A stretch of DNA of 64,000 nt from NCBI GenBank assembly GCA_013265495.1, contig MU058213.1, forward strand, positions 6,526,066-6,590,065, written 5' to 3'. A program made the translations under genes and the position numbers. The DNA is from Vicugna vicugna. Taxonomy: Eukaryota. A model generated the notes under the pieces. That model was not told the origin of the DNA and made no database searches. It was given only the letters and a program-made list of their open reading frames with translations. Positions 27,061 through 39,418 of the stretch are shown in pieces (the first letter of the stretch is position 1; every line of letters starts with the position of its first letter).

Positions 27061-27388
27061 CCCCCGCCCGCACCCTCCGCCCTGTGGGGGGCGGAACTAA
27101 CGCATGCGCAGGCGCCCCTGCCCGCGCCCTGGGGCTGCTCAGCGGGTGCGGGGTTGGATGGCGCCTTCCTGGTTGGGAGGTTACTGGCATTTCTTCTCTG
27201 CGCTGGACCGCTGCCCTGGAATCTCAAAGAACTATTTCATATTCTTTGTGTTGCCTTTCTTGATAATTAAGATATGGATGCAAATGGAGGGAGGGACGAC
27301 AATATCGTATGTCTCTTTGGGGAGCTAGACCTTAGATTTGGGTAAAAGTAGAGGTGGAAATAGCTCTAAAACATTGCTTTACTTAAAC

Positions 27389-27978
27389 TGTTACCTGAAA
27401 ACTAGGTTCACCTCTTGGATGTCAAACCGAAAGACAACCAAGCCAAACATCAGGAGAAGGAAGGATTTTCTTGTAGCAAATAAGGAGAACACTGAGGATC
27501 TTTCCCAAAGCAGTGTCTCTCTGAACAGTAAAACTGGGGAAGTTTTTAAGCTAAGGGTACATGCCTATTCAAGAAGGGGCGTCAGCAGAGAATTCTGCAT
27601 AGGATTGGGGCAAAGGTGGATAGAGTCCAAGCTTCAGTTGATTGAAGTCGAAAGGCTCAACGTTGTCATCCCTTAGGCTCCAGGTGACCTTTAATGGTTG
27701 AGCACTTCAGTTTAACCTCTGCCACTGAAACAGAACTAAGAGTCTTTACAACTGGTTTATTATCTTTGCTATTACTTCCTTTCTTGCATGATAACAGTCG
27801 ATTCTTATTTTGTTCCCTTAAGTTCCTTATATCACTGACACTGTTTCAAGGTTTAGGGGCAAGCATCGCGGCCAGGCTTGTATCACAAAATGACTTTAGG
27901 CCCCAAATGGCTTCTCTTTTGTCAAAAAGCTGTATCCAGTTCTCTTCATCTGGGGACCCCCTACCCTGTCTGCTTACA
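27389..27978 (-). mobile_element. Solo LTR (ERV1-like)
   Basis: TG...CA termini, 4-bp TSD AAAC, homologous to 43568-44110. Confidence 0.85.
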
Positions 27979-28732
27979 AAACTATATGTTGGGAAGGATC
28001 AACTTTTTTTTTTTTAAATTTCTAATTAGTTATGGACCATGCTTTGGGAAGACAAAATAAAAATATTAGCAACATTTTATCTTTAGAGTCAATAGCCATA
28101 AAATTACCTGCAAAATTGCCATAGAGTTTCCTAAACACTAACTCTCAATTTCTATACTACCTGTCTCACTGTGGACCAGTAACAGTTCTCTGAAGGGCCC
28201 AGGTCAGTGGGCCACATTTTGAGTAGCAACACGTGAACTAAGATCAGTTTGGAAAATACAATGATACCTCTCAAATCTCACCCACTAAATCCCTGCAAAG
28301 GCCCAGCAGTCAGCTATCTGTGTAATGCATTATGGAATGGTGGGGCTTAAGGGGAACGGAAAAGCTCAAAATTTTAAATCATTAACCCAAAATGCATCTC
28401 CTGGGTTTACATTTCGTTGGCACTATTTACTCACTCTTGGCAGGGGGTTAGACTCTCAGTGTCTCATCTATAAGATGGGGGAAAATAATACTTCATAAGG
28501 TTTTTGTGAGAAAAGTCACATATATATTAAAACAGTGCTTGATATCTTGTAATGATATATATGTTGGAAATTATTATTTTCCTCCTATTATACTAATTTT
28601 GTTAAGTAGCTGGCAGAGAGAACAAACAAAGCTGATCAACTGGTAAACAGAGCTTTAGCTAAACAACTCCTCGGACCATGGTCCTGTAAACAATTTCATC
28701 TTCAGTTACTGATTTTTCATGGTTCTACATCC

Positions 28733-28766
28733 TGCAATGAGTAGTATTCTCCACAGGGTGGCAGAA
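28733..28766 (+). promoter_or_regulatory. Candidate CTCF site with upstream motif
   Basis: TGCAATGA-N8-CTCCACAGGGTGGCAG. Confidence 0.6.
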
Positions 28767-29564
28767 AATCATTTGAAATCATAATACAATTATGTGATTT
28801 TTTTTTTGCAATCTTTAGTTCCTTTTTCATTTCAATAACTTTATTGTTTAATAAGCTTGGTCAGTATTTGCTTTGGTTTTGAGTAAGCCATTCTACTATT
28901 TGTCTTTTTATCCCCATCGCATGAATTATCCATTCTTATTGTTGAATAAACTACAGATAAGGCAAAAAGGATAGTCACTATTAGCACATTTACGTATGTC
29001 CTTTCAGATTATTGTACATATATAACCATAAAAATAGCACACATTTTATAAAAATAAAATAATGTACCTAATAATTGTTTATGATCTAATTTTTTCTTTT
29101 CATTTAAAAAATACATCCCGAACTCCTTTTCAGGTCATTAAGTATATTTCAACACCAACTTTTTTTATTATGGATAATTTATGCACTAACAATTCCTTAT
29201 TGAACATTAAGGTTGCTCAGTTTTTAATAGTTAAAAACCACACTTCACAGAGTATCCAAAACGTCAGAAACCTAGAACTAACTTGTTTTCAAATAGTGTA
29301 GTAGTTACATTTCCAAATAATACTCTCAATATTTTTTCCTTCAAAGTTTAGGTGAAATACCTCAAAGCAATGAGTCCAGTTGTTAACCTGAATAAAGCAT
29401 GATAAAGACACTATTTTCCCTGTTTCCAAACTTCTCAGACAAGCTTCAGTGTATTGGTACAATCACTCATTTTTTTCTATGTGGCTCCTGGAACAGGCAG
29501 ATATTTAGACTCTTAAAACTGGAAAATAATTCAGAGGTGCCAAGTAAAGAATATTGCTAGCCAT

Positions 29565-29984
29565 GTAACTCTACAAGGATTGAATCATGAGCCAGTGTAC
29601 TGACTTCTAACACACCCTGAAAGATCAGGAGTGAGGCACCCTGTGCTCTGAGGGAACTGGCAGAACAGGCCTTCAGATAGTTATTTTTCAGGAGAAATTT
29701 TTTACGAACCTGGATTCTTGCATCTTCCCGTATTTAGAAAAGCACTAACAGCATTAACTAAGATGTGTTCCTAGTGACTGGCATGAACCTTGTACCAAGA
29801 TGTGTGTTTGGTTGCATGTACTTCCTCTGCCAAAATCACATATATACTGACCTCCCCCTTTACCTCTTTGAAACATTTTCTCAGGGCTACCTGAAAGGCT
29901 GTCTCCCAGGCTACAGTCCTCAGTAAGACACTGAATAAACTCTACTTACAATTTTTACATTGTCTGTTTTTTTTTAAGTCAACA
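29565..29984 (+). mobile_element. Solo LTR (ERV1, MER4/MER41-group-like); 5' end approximate
   Basis: AATAAA at ~29934, terminal aagtcaaca; R-region similar to the reverse complement of 41125-41596. Confidence 0.7.
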
Positions 29985-30399
29985 GAAGGAAAAAAAGTGG
30001 GGCTTCCAGACCCTAAGCAGAAAGTTTCATTTGGAGAGTGATACATTAGTTCAGAGCCACATCAACCTTTTCCTTTGTGGATTTTGGTTTTGGTGTTATG
30101 TTTAAATAGGCCCTCCTCACACTAAAATTATATAAACAGTCATAGTTGTCTACAGTTCATTCTTTGAAACAATATGAACATTAAATCCAATTGGAATTTA
30201 ATATATATGCTTATGATATGGAGTAGGGAATCTGATTTTACTAAACTGACAAAATATTTCACCTAATGTTATTTACTGAATAATCCAGTAATTCTTGAAC
30301 TTGACTAGGACTCAATTAGGAAATATTACCTTCAGAGTTATCATCTTAGGTTACCCACGTGTTCAAGTATCTGTTCACAAATCTTACAACACATCTTTT

Positions 30400-30800
30400 A
30401 GCCATTCACCAACTGTCATTGGACAAACCTTTATTGAACAATATTGTGAGTCCTAAGGGTTGGGACCTGAGGGTACACATGAAAAAGACACAAGGTTTGC
30501 CTTCAAGGAGCTCACAGATTAGCCAGGAAGTGGGGCAAACAAAGACAGTGAACAATTTGGTGGACTGAGGTGATCTTGGTACTTCCAAGGTACAGCTAAA
30601 TAGACGGGAGCTACACAGATTGGGGGTGAGGAGTGGGAGGTGGGGTCAGGAAAGGAAGACTTTCTGAAGGAGGTGATCTTAGTAACAGAAGGAGGATCTT
30701 CGGAGCAGAGAAAATGGCATATGCAAATACACGGAGGTTTCTAGGAACCTCATGCTTCTCTTCATGACTGGAGCTCAAGCAGTGGGAGGAGGAGTGGGTG
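30400..30800 (-). mobile_element. L2 fragment
   Basis: tttattgaac...gccttcaaggagctcacag, resembling the L2 3' end in reverse. Confidence 0.55.
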
Positions 30801-30859
30801 TGAACGGCCGGTAACAAAAAGAAGTAGTTAAATGCCAGATTAAAACAGGAATCAAAAAA

Positions 30860-30998
30860 ATTTTTTTCAGGCCTTTTCTTGGGGTGGGGAAGGTAATTAG
30901 GTTGATTTATTTATTTTCCAGAGGTACTGGGGATTGAATCCAGGACCTGATGCATACATACTAAGCATATGCTCTAGCACTGAGCTATACCCTACCCT
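30860..30998 (-). mobile_element. tRNA-derived SINE (Vic-1-like)
   Basis: ggggattgaatccaggacct...cactgagctataccc; reverse complement of the 18377 copy. Confidence 0.88.
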
Positions 30999-32308
30999 GC
31001 AAAAAGGGAGTTTTTTTTAAATACTAAGAATTTACTTGAGCCAATATAATGAGCAATATGGAAAAGCAATCAATTATTACTTTATAATTATACTCCAAAG
31101 GAAGAGATTGAAATGTGTCCTGCGCAATGACAGGCCCATTAGGATGAGTCCTAAGAGGAAAACTTTAAGAGGGACGCCACTTACTTGAATATATGCTTTC
31201 GTATGCATGTTAAGATTATTCCTGTTAAACGAACACGACACTGTACATCTACTATACTTCAAGTTAAAAAGTCATTATTCATGTTACTTTGTCATACTTC
31301 ACACATCAAAACTACAGCACCCAGTCAAAACTGACTGAAGAGGTGCTCTGCCTGCTCCCCATACCCACCAGAACCTTGAACCGAGGTAAGATGAGAGGTG
31401 ATGAAGAAGACATTTGCTACAACACTAAGAAAAAGCCTGTGTAAATTCAAATTTCAGATGGCATAATGTACATTAAACAAAACTCTTGAAGGCTGCTGCA
31501 CTCTCCACTGTATAATTTTACAGACAGATTGTTATTCTTGCTTATAAGCATGTAAATTCAGTGATGTTTGGCAGTGTACTCAGAATTTTTGAAAAAAAAA
31601 AAACAAAAAAAAAACCAAGTAGCCTTTTTACATGGGCTGAAAATGTCTTTGCTGGTTGAGCTTGAGGGTAAAACCGGATACAATTATATATTCATTTAAT
31701 TATTCATAACTTGGGCCTGAAATAAATGTGTATATATTTTTCACTTATTCACTTTATAAAATTCAAAACCAAACCCAGGAGCAGTTTTGTCTTTGGCAGG
31801 GTGACAAGTTTCTTTTCTACAGTGAACCAGTGAAAGAAATTGTTCCAGAGAGAATTTGTGCTTCCTGATTTCAGAAAATTCAAATTGGACAGCATACATA
31901 TATTACATCTCACTGTTGCTTCCAGATTCCACAGGATACGTACGGGGAAGCAACAGCACACATTTCGAAGAAATATTTCCACGTGCAGAGTTAGATGATG
32001 GCCATTTAAGAGGAAAACTAGGCTTATTTACTGGAGAATTTTAGTACATGGGGTTTTAAGGATTCAGCTCATTCCAGAAAATAGCTAGGTTATGGGTTAA
32101 ATCAAGTGAGGATAAGAGTTCACATCTAAACATGGCTGCGTTTGTTGGGGACTGTAGGGGGTATGCATTACATCCAGCAGAACTCAGGAAAGACTAGCAC
32201 TCCCTTAGACTGCTTATCAAAACTAATACTGTGAACCAGGCTTGGAGCCAATATTCAAGTCTTCTATGAAGACGTTACTGCAGTGTCATATAAGAAATGA
32301 TAAATACG

Positions 32309-33064
32309 TGCAGCCATTATGGAAAACAGTATGGAGATTCCTTAAAAAACTAAAACATACACTTACCATATGATCAAGCAATCCCACTCCTGGGCATATA
32401 TCCAGAGGGAACTCTAATTCAAAAAGATACATGCACCCCAATGATCACAGCAGCACTATTTACAGTAGCCAAGGCATGGAATCAACCTGAATGTCCATAG
32501 ACAGATGACTGGATAAGGAAGTTGTGTACATTTATACAATGGAATGCTACTCAGCAGTAAAAAGAATAAAATAATGCCATTTGTAGCAACATGGATGGAC
32601 CTAGAGATCGTCACTCTAAGTGAAATAAGCCAGAAAGAGAAAGAAAAATACCACATGATATCAACTCATATGTGGAATCTAAAAAAAAAAAAAAAAAAAA
32701 AAAAAAATAAAAAAGAGGAAATTAATGAACTNNNNNNNNNNNNNNNNNNNNNNNNNNNNNNNNNNNNNNNNNNNNNNNNNNNNNNNNNNNNNNNNNNNNN
32801 NNNNNNNNNNNNNNNNNNNNNNNNNNNNNNNNNNNNNNNNNNNNNNNNNNNNNNNNNNNNNNNNNNNNNNNNNNNNNNNNNNNNNNNNNNNNNNNNNNNN
32901 NNTGTGATTGCCTTAAAAAAAATATGAAAATGAATATATGCATGTATATGCATGGCTGGGACATTGTGCTGTACACCAGAGATTGACACACTGTAACTGA
33001 CTGTACTTCAGTTAAAAAAACAAAACAAAACACTCAAAACAAACAAAAAAATCAACCAAACAAA
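32309..33064 (+). mobile_element. 5'-truncated L1 spanning an assembly gap
   Basis: Near-identical to 1420-2100; ~17-bp TSD aagaaatgataaatacg (32292-32308) / aagaaatgacaagtatg (33065-33081). Confidence 0.92.
32732..32902. other. Assembly gap (171 N)
   Basis: Run of n characters. Confidence 1.
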
Positions 33065-33581
33065 AAGAAATGACAAGTATGAGTTTTAAACTATCTGATG
33101 GTATACATTTTATAATATTAAAGCACAAAATGGGGCAGAATCATAGCAACAAATAGATTGGAGATCATGGTTGTCATTTGGAAAGAAGAGGATGGAGAGA
33201 GATCCATCCACCATGAAGAGAGGTTTGCTAAAAAAAAAAAAATCACTCCACTTATTAATTAATGCTTTTGCGAAAGTATGAGCCATAGTACTACCATGCT
33301 GTTTATTACTTAAGATTAATTTTGAAGAGGGAAGGAGATTTCACTCTTCCTTCTCTTTTAAGATGTGAAATGTTAGAATGTTAGTAGCAGTATGACCATC
33401 TACATTTAGAAATACATAAATAAGAAGTAGCCTCCAATTTAAGAAAAAGAGTGTTAGGTTGATGATGTTGGTAATGATGATTTTAACAGTTGTAAGCAGC
33501 TGTTGGCAGGAAAGAGCTCTTTGCATAAAAGAGCTCTCTGCAGAAGGTCCCTTTTGTCTTGTCACTTCAGCAAAGCTACAT

Positions 33582-34077
33582 TGTAACTAACCTTAAACCA
33601 GGCACCCCTCACGCTCTACTCATCTCCCGTCCACATCCACGTACAAATTTCAAATCTTTTGATCACACAATACCTCGCCTAACCTGTTGGTTCTTTCCTA
33701 GATCAAAAAAGTAAAAATGAAGAATTAACAGATGACCAGATCTCTTCCCTAGCTTCCCCTTTAGTAATCTTGCAAACAAACTGTGAACGAGATCTCATCT
33801 AAAGAAAGATCACAAGGAGCAGACAAGCCTGCATGTAGTGGGAAATGACTATGAGTTTGATCTCCCATCCCCGTGATTAACTGAGATTAATTCCCTTTTC
33901 TTTTAAAAACTTTCATGGCCAAGAAGACTGTTCAGAGTTGGTTTTGGGGACACGAGTCCACCTTGTCCCCAGATGGCTAGCTTTCTGATTAAAAGCGACA
34001 TTTTCCATTTCTACCAACACTTGCTTCTTGAGTTCTGATTTTGGAGCAGCAAGCAGCCAGACCTGAGCTCGGTAACA
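33582..34077 (+). mobile_element. Solo LTR (ERV1-like)
   Basis: TGTAAC...CGGTAACA termini, TATA-like tttaaaaact (~33902), ATTAAA (~33988). Confidence 0.7.
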
Positions 34078-37000
34078 CAGTGATAATGCTTTTTAAATTC
34101 TTTCTGGGCTGGGTAAATATCAATGAGAATTGATTAACTAGAGTGAACTGTCCTGCAGCCAGTTACAGTAGCTGCACCCAGAGTAACACAAAGTTGGGTA
34201 CAGCACCGTCATTCACTAAAGCATTAATAATTTATTCTGCATCTTTCGAGTCAAAGTATAATTTTACTTGTTTCAAAAAAGAAAGTACATTTCAAAATAA
34301 CAAATAATTGTTGGGTCAACTGGGAATTTCATTCTATTTAACAAAACAAAGTGCTAACATGGCTCTATGTAAGGCAAATGCATTTTTATTTAATACAAAT
34401 ATAAAAACTAAAAGGTGGTAACATTTAATTCACTATTGCAACGGGCTAAATGTTCTACAAATGTATTTACCAAAATGCTTAAGCTCCTAAAAGTAACTAA
34501 TTCAACTGAGAGAATCTGGGTGATTACTTGTAGTTTGAAACACTGGAACTCTGTAAATAAGTAAAATGTACTAATTCAATTCTTTTTAATCATTTTCAGT
34601 ACACTTGAGGAGAAAATATAATATTGTAACATTATTTTTCTTTTGCACGGCTCCCTTGTAATACTTACTTTTCTTTTAATATAATTGCTAAGGCATCAAA
34701 TTATACTTACTAAAAAAAAGAACACTGTCTAATTTCAGGTATTTATAGAATGGGGAGAGATCAAATGGCAGAAAATTAGCAGGAATTATCATCTTTAAAA
34801 GATCCTTCATCTCTGAAATTCTAGAGTACCAACTCTTCAGCAGATTACCTGTTAACACGAGGAACTTTATGTGTATATAAATGTGAGACACTATTCCATC
34901 TCTAATGAACTTACTCAGGCACCCTTTACAAATATTGTATCTAATACTCCTCGTGTGTAGTTTGGGATACGAGAGAGTGTGGTGGTGAATCTGAATCAAT
35001 AAGATGACTCATGCCTGAGATTGTATTATTAGTCTTTCCTTAATTAGCTTATGACACTGATTCATGTTAGAATGCAGTTATTTTTCATAGAATGGCTTAA
35101 CACCTAAAACTGATGCTAACATGGAAGGTTAAGATGGGGTTGGGATCACCAAAGGCGGTCTAGTCCTTACTTTGCTATATTCTCTGTGACCTTGGGCAAG
35201 TGACCTCTGTCCCCTAGAACTTCAGTTTCCTTGTCAGTATTTATAAGGTACCAAAGACTCATTTTACCTAATTTGTTAGCATTTTGCCAGAATCAGGGCT
35301 TGTTACTTCATTAAATTTTAAGAATTCACTAAAATGTTTAGTGGATGTTTAAGTACAAATATCTGAAAATCACACATCTTACAGGTTATCATCTATCTTT
35401 TAAAAAGTGGCATTAAAGAAGAAGATACTCCAAACACATACATAAAATCCATGCCAGGTGATAGGAAAGATACTTAAAAAAATCTGAATATTTATGAGGG
35501 ATATTGGTATTTACAGTTTGCAGGTTTGCACAACACAGGAGATAGAGCCTTGAATTCAGAATCAGCAGATTTCCTTTAAAATTCCAACTTGACCATGGAA
35601 TGTGTAGATATCTGTGTGGGCATGCGCACGCATGAACCCCCCCCTCCCCCCGCCGCAATATGCATTCTCTAAGACTAGGAAACAGGCAACAATAAAGAAG
35701 AAAAAGATGAGAGTTTCAGGGAGTCTCAGGAATTGCCTTGAATTTATAATTTTTGTTTAAGGACCATTTTGAAAATGAGGAGTTCCTTCAAAGTTTAGTT
35801 TATGAGACCATCTCTTCTTGTAATAGTTTTGCTGCAGTTCTTTCTTTGACTTGGATGTACAGAGGACACAAGCAGAAATGAAATCACTTGAAATTTGTTC
35901 TTCTTTTTGATCTTAATTCATTTTTTTTAACTACTAAAAAAGCCATTCTCCAGCAAACCAATTTCTTGGTATAGCAACCTATTTTAAAGTATTAATAAAA
36001 ATGTATCTATTTTCAGATTCTTATACCTAGGGTCTATTTTCTAAAGGTATCCCAGAGGTCTCCTAAATAAGGAATCTTTTTGTTAAATTAATAAATCTAT
36101 CCAAAAATAAGCTCCTCATTTCGATCTATTTTTAGGGGGAAAAAAACACCCTCACAGGCTGTGGTCTTCCCTGCCCATCTCCCCCCACATCCTCATAAAT
36201 TGGTTCGGTGTTTAATTTTTGATCTAGGAAAGAATAATTCATTTTTATCTTCATTTAATTTTAATAGTCAAGGAGTAGTCTATGGAGATTGAATAAATTT
36301 AATCCTGCTGCAATTAGTGTCAAATTAATTCATTCTGGATGTGGATAACTAAAGAAATACAGACCCTCCCACACACTGACAGAAACCTTTATCAGGTTTA
36401 ATGTTTTATGTAAATGATCCTACTTGAAAGGAAGCTTGTCTTGTTTCTCTCGCCTCCCTTTCTGTCCTTATTAATTGTTTTTAAACTAAACTTTCTCCAG
36501 GCATTCTCGGAGGACTATAGTCCTCACTCAATCAACTGTGTGATCCTATGAAGATAACATTCTGCCATGGATTTAGCTCCTTTGGGTAGAGAAATTAAAT
36601 TTTCTCCCCTAAGAAAGTTTACAGCTATGTAACTTCTGTGGGATGCTCCAGCGAGGACGGTGGCGTCAGACCTCACGAGGACGATGCGGCTGTCTTGTGT
36701 GCAGCAAGCAGATAGGATTCTTGTAAGGAGCCATTGGTTTCACACAACATGATCCATCTGGTTCATTCCAGGCTTGTCACCCAGAGATGATTTTCTGAGC
36801 AGGAATTTTGTCCCTCCTATTGAGAAGCCCAGACACAAAAAGCTACCAAGTAGTTCAGCATCCAAAACATTGAAATAACTTTCTTCATTCTTTCCTTTAA
36901 AATTAACATTTGAGGTTATATGGCTGATGTCTGTATAGGTTTTATAATTAACCATCTTAAGAGATGATGATCATAATAATCCAATACACTTCTTTTAATT

Positions 37001-39330
37001 TCTTGTGGAACTATAAAATGCATAGTGGTGATTGCTAAACATGACTCATCAAGATTTAAAAAAAAAAGATAATTTACTTATCTCTTGTCAAGTCACTGTT
37101 TAATGTTACTGTCTATATTTGCTGTGATAAGCATTAAAATCTCTATAGCGGTTGATAAATCATTGTTTAGGAGTGTCTAAAGGGTTCAGTAAATGGTATG
37201 AAATTGCCATAGTGTAATAAATGGTTATTTGATAATGAATGAAATTGTTTGAAAATACTGTTAAAATGTCAAGTTTAAACATATAGATCATTACTCAAAA
37301 GGAAGGCAAACATGGAAACCACAGTGACATCATAAATATACTGCAATAAACACATTTATTTACCCTGGGCAAGTTGTAGGTACTTTGTATAAATGTGTAC
37401 AAATTGATATATGAAGTTAATTTCAATCTGTAAAAGTAATTGCATTGGTTTAACTTATTTAACTCTCCTTACAATAATATTTATTGCAGAAAAGGAAGGT
37501 AAAGAAATAAATGATGATAAATAGATAAAATACATAGGAAATGGGAATTGTTTTACAATTTAATTACACTGTCACATAAAATTATCACACAAATACACCA
37601 ACCCGACAGCAGAAATACATTAAAACTCTATTATCCAATGCAGAGAACAGTTTTTTTTTGTTGGCCATTATTTCATTTGCACATTAAAAATAATTTTACT
37701 TTTTTCTACCTACCAGCATGAAATGTCAAACAACCTCAAAAGCAAAAAGGGTAAGTCGGGAACAAAAATTGTTTAAAAGAAATGTTCTGCTTTGTAAAAT
37801 ATTGTGAAGACGGACAGACAATCTAAGTAAAGGGCAACAAAAGCACCTCACCCCCACGACTGACAGAGGGAAGAAATGCACACTCAGGAAGTCACAGTAG
37901 AAAATGCAGGTAATTGATCTGTTAGACTTGTGCAGAGCTCATAGGATGTGCAAAGAACTCAGTAGCTGTACATCTTAAATGGCATTACATTTTGTTTCGG
38001 GATAAATAAATATACACAGCAAGATTCACTGGGCTTACAAAACAACTCAAACATTTATTTCTTAATATTTTCTAGGCATATGCTAGATGCTGGGGAATTA
38101 TTTTGCCTCTGTCCTTGAAAGGCTAATCATCTAATAAAGGAGATGAGACACGTTCACAAGAAATAAGGTGTATATGTCAGGCCTGGTTATTTGTTGATCT
38201 GCATATGTATTGGGTTATTTTGCTCTAAGTTTCTATGCCATAAATTGGGACCAGAATATAGTGTCATAAAACTTTCCACTGAAAATCTTAAACCTTGGTA
38301 TCAATTTCTGTCTCTGATATCACATCCTACAAATTCTGAAACACATTTAGTAATATCTAATCTTGTAACATATTTAGGTTACTAGGGCAAGAATAATTTT
38401 ATTTAGTCTACAGAAATACAAAATTTATAACGGACAGTACGAAATGTAGTTTGAGAAGAGTGAAGATGATAAATTAAGATAAACTACTCGAAGGGAAAAA
38501 AAAAGTAATTGAATGAATGGGTGAGAATTAAAAATAATTATGGATAGTAAATAGCAATGCTCTTCCAGCAAAGGGTTTCAGATGCTCAAAAAATAAATAA
38601 ATAGAATTACGGGAATGAAAACTTAAAGGTTTAATGCAATTAACAATATACAGTGATTCAAAAGCATATCATGCAGTTTCTTTATGAGTGTCAAATATTT
38701 AATCATGAACCATAAACTAACTTTTTAGATGATATTTATGAAACAAAGTCATATTTCTTTTTTTTTTAAGGTTTTATTTTTTTAATTTATGGCCTCTGCT
38801 CTTCCCAAAGCCATCTTGATCAAATGCTCCCACTGTTTTCTTCTTTCATTTATTTGTTCTTTAAGATTCCACTGGTTTGATTGATTGATGTGTAGTAAGT
38901 TTATACAAAGCTTTATTTCTCTTTCTCTTTTATTTCTCTCCATATCCATTCAAATAGAAGGCAACTGTGTGAGTCTTTTGTCTGGGGGCTAAATAAGACA
39001 CGTAAATGCGCATAATACTGGGATCTTAACAAACTGGATTTATTTTTCTGATTTGTTATAAAATGGTTAATGGGAAAACATAAATGATGAATGAAAAACC
39101 AGAAGAAAATTTTTGTGGACTTAATCGATCAGTCAGGGTTTATCTGTAATTAACTACACTGTTCTCTAAAGAAAGCTCTGATAATTTTCTGATCACTATA
39201 TTTGAAGCATTTTTAATTCTAGAAGTTTTACAGAGTCATTTTACAGTTTTGTCTGCTGATAAGCATATGTATGTGTATTCATTTTATGCATATTTATTTA
39301 TGTATAGGTTCTATTACAGGTAATTTTAAA

Positions 39331-39418
39331 TTTTTTTTTAAATGGAGGTACCAGGGATTGAACCCAGGACCTCGTGCATGTGAAGCACACACTCTATCAC
39401 TGAGCCATACCCTCCCCC
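39331..39418 (-). mobile_element. tRNA-derived SINE (Vic-1-like)
   Basis: polyT then gggattgaacccaggacctcgtgcatg...cactgagccataccctcccc. Confidence 0.9.

Larger units (their letters stand above)
26300..27210 (-). promoter_or_regulatory. BNIP2: BNIP2 CpG-island promoter
   Basis: High GC/CpG; ETS motifs GCGGAAGTG (26991-26999) and GCGGAAGCG (~27034); GC boxes ~27061-27095; NRF1-like ACGCATGCGCA (27100-27110). Confidence 0.9.

Noticed and set aside
26420..27263. Long plus-strand ORFs (226 aa, 157 aa) over the BNIP2 CpG island
   Set aside because: Stop-poor GC-rich DNA antisense to exon 1; low-complexity products with no recognisable domain.
32544..33033. ORFs containing runs of X
   Set aside because: Artefacts of the N gap.
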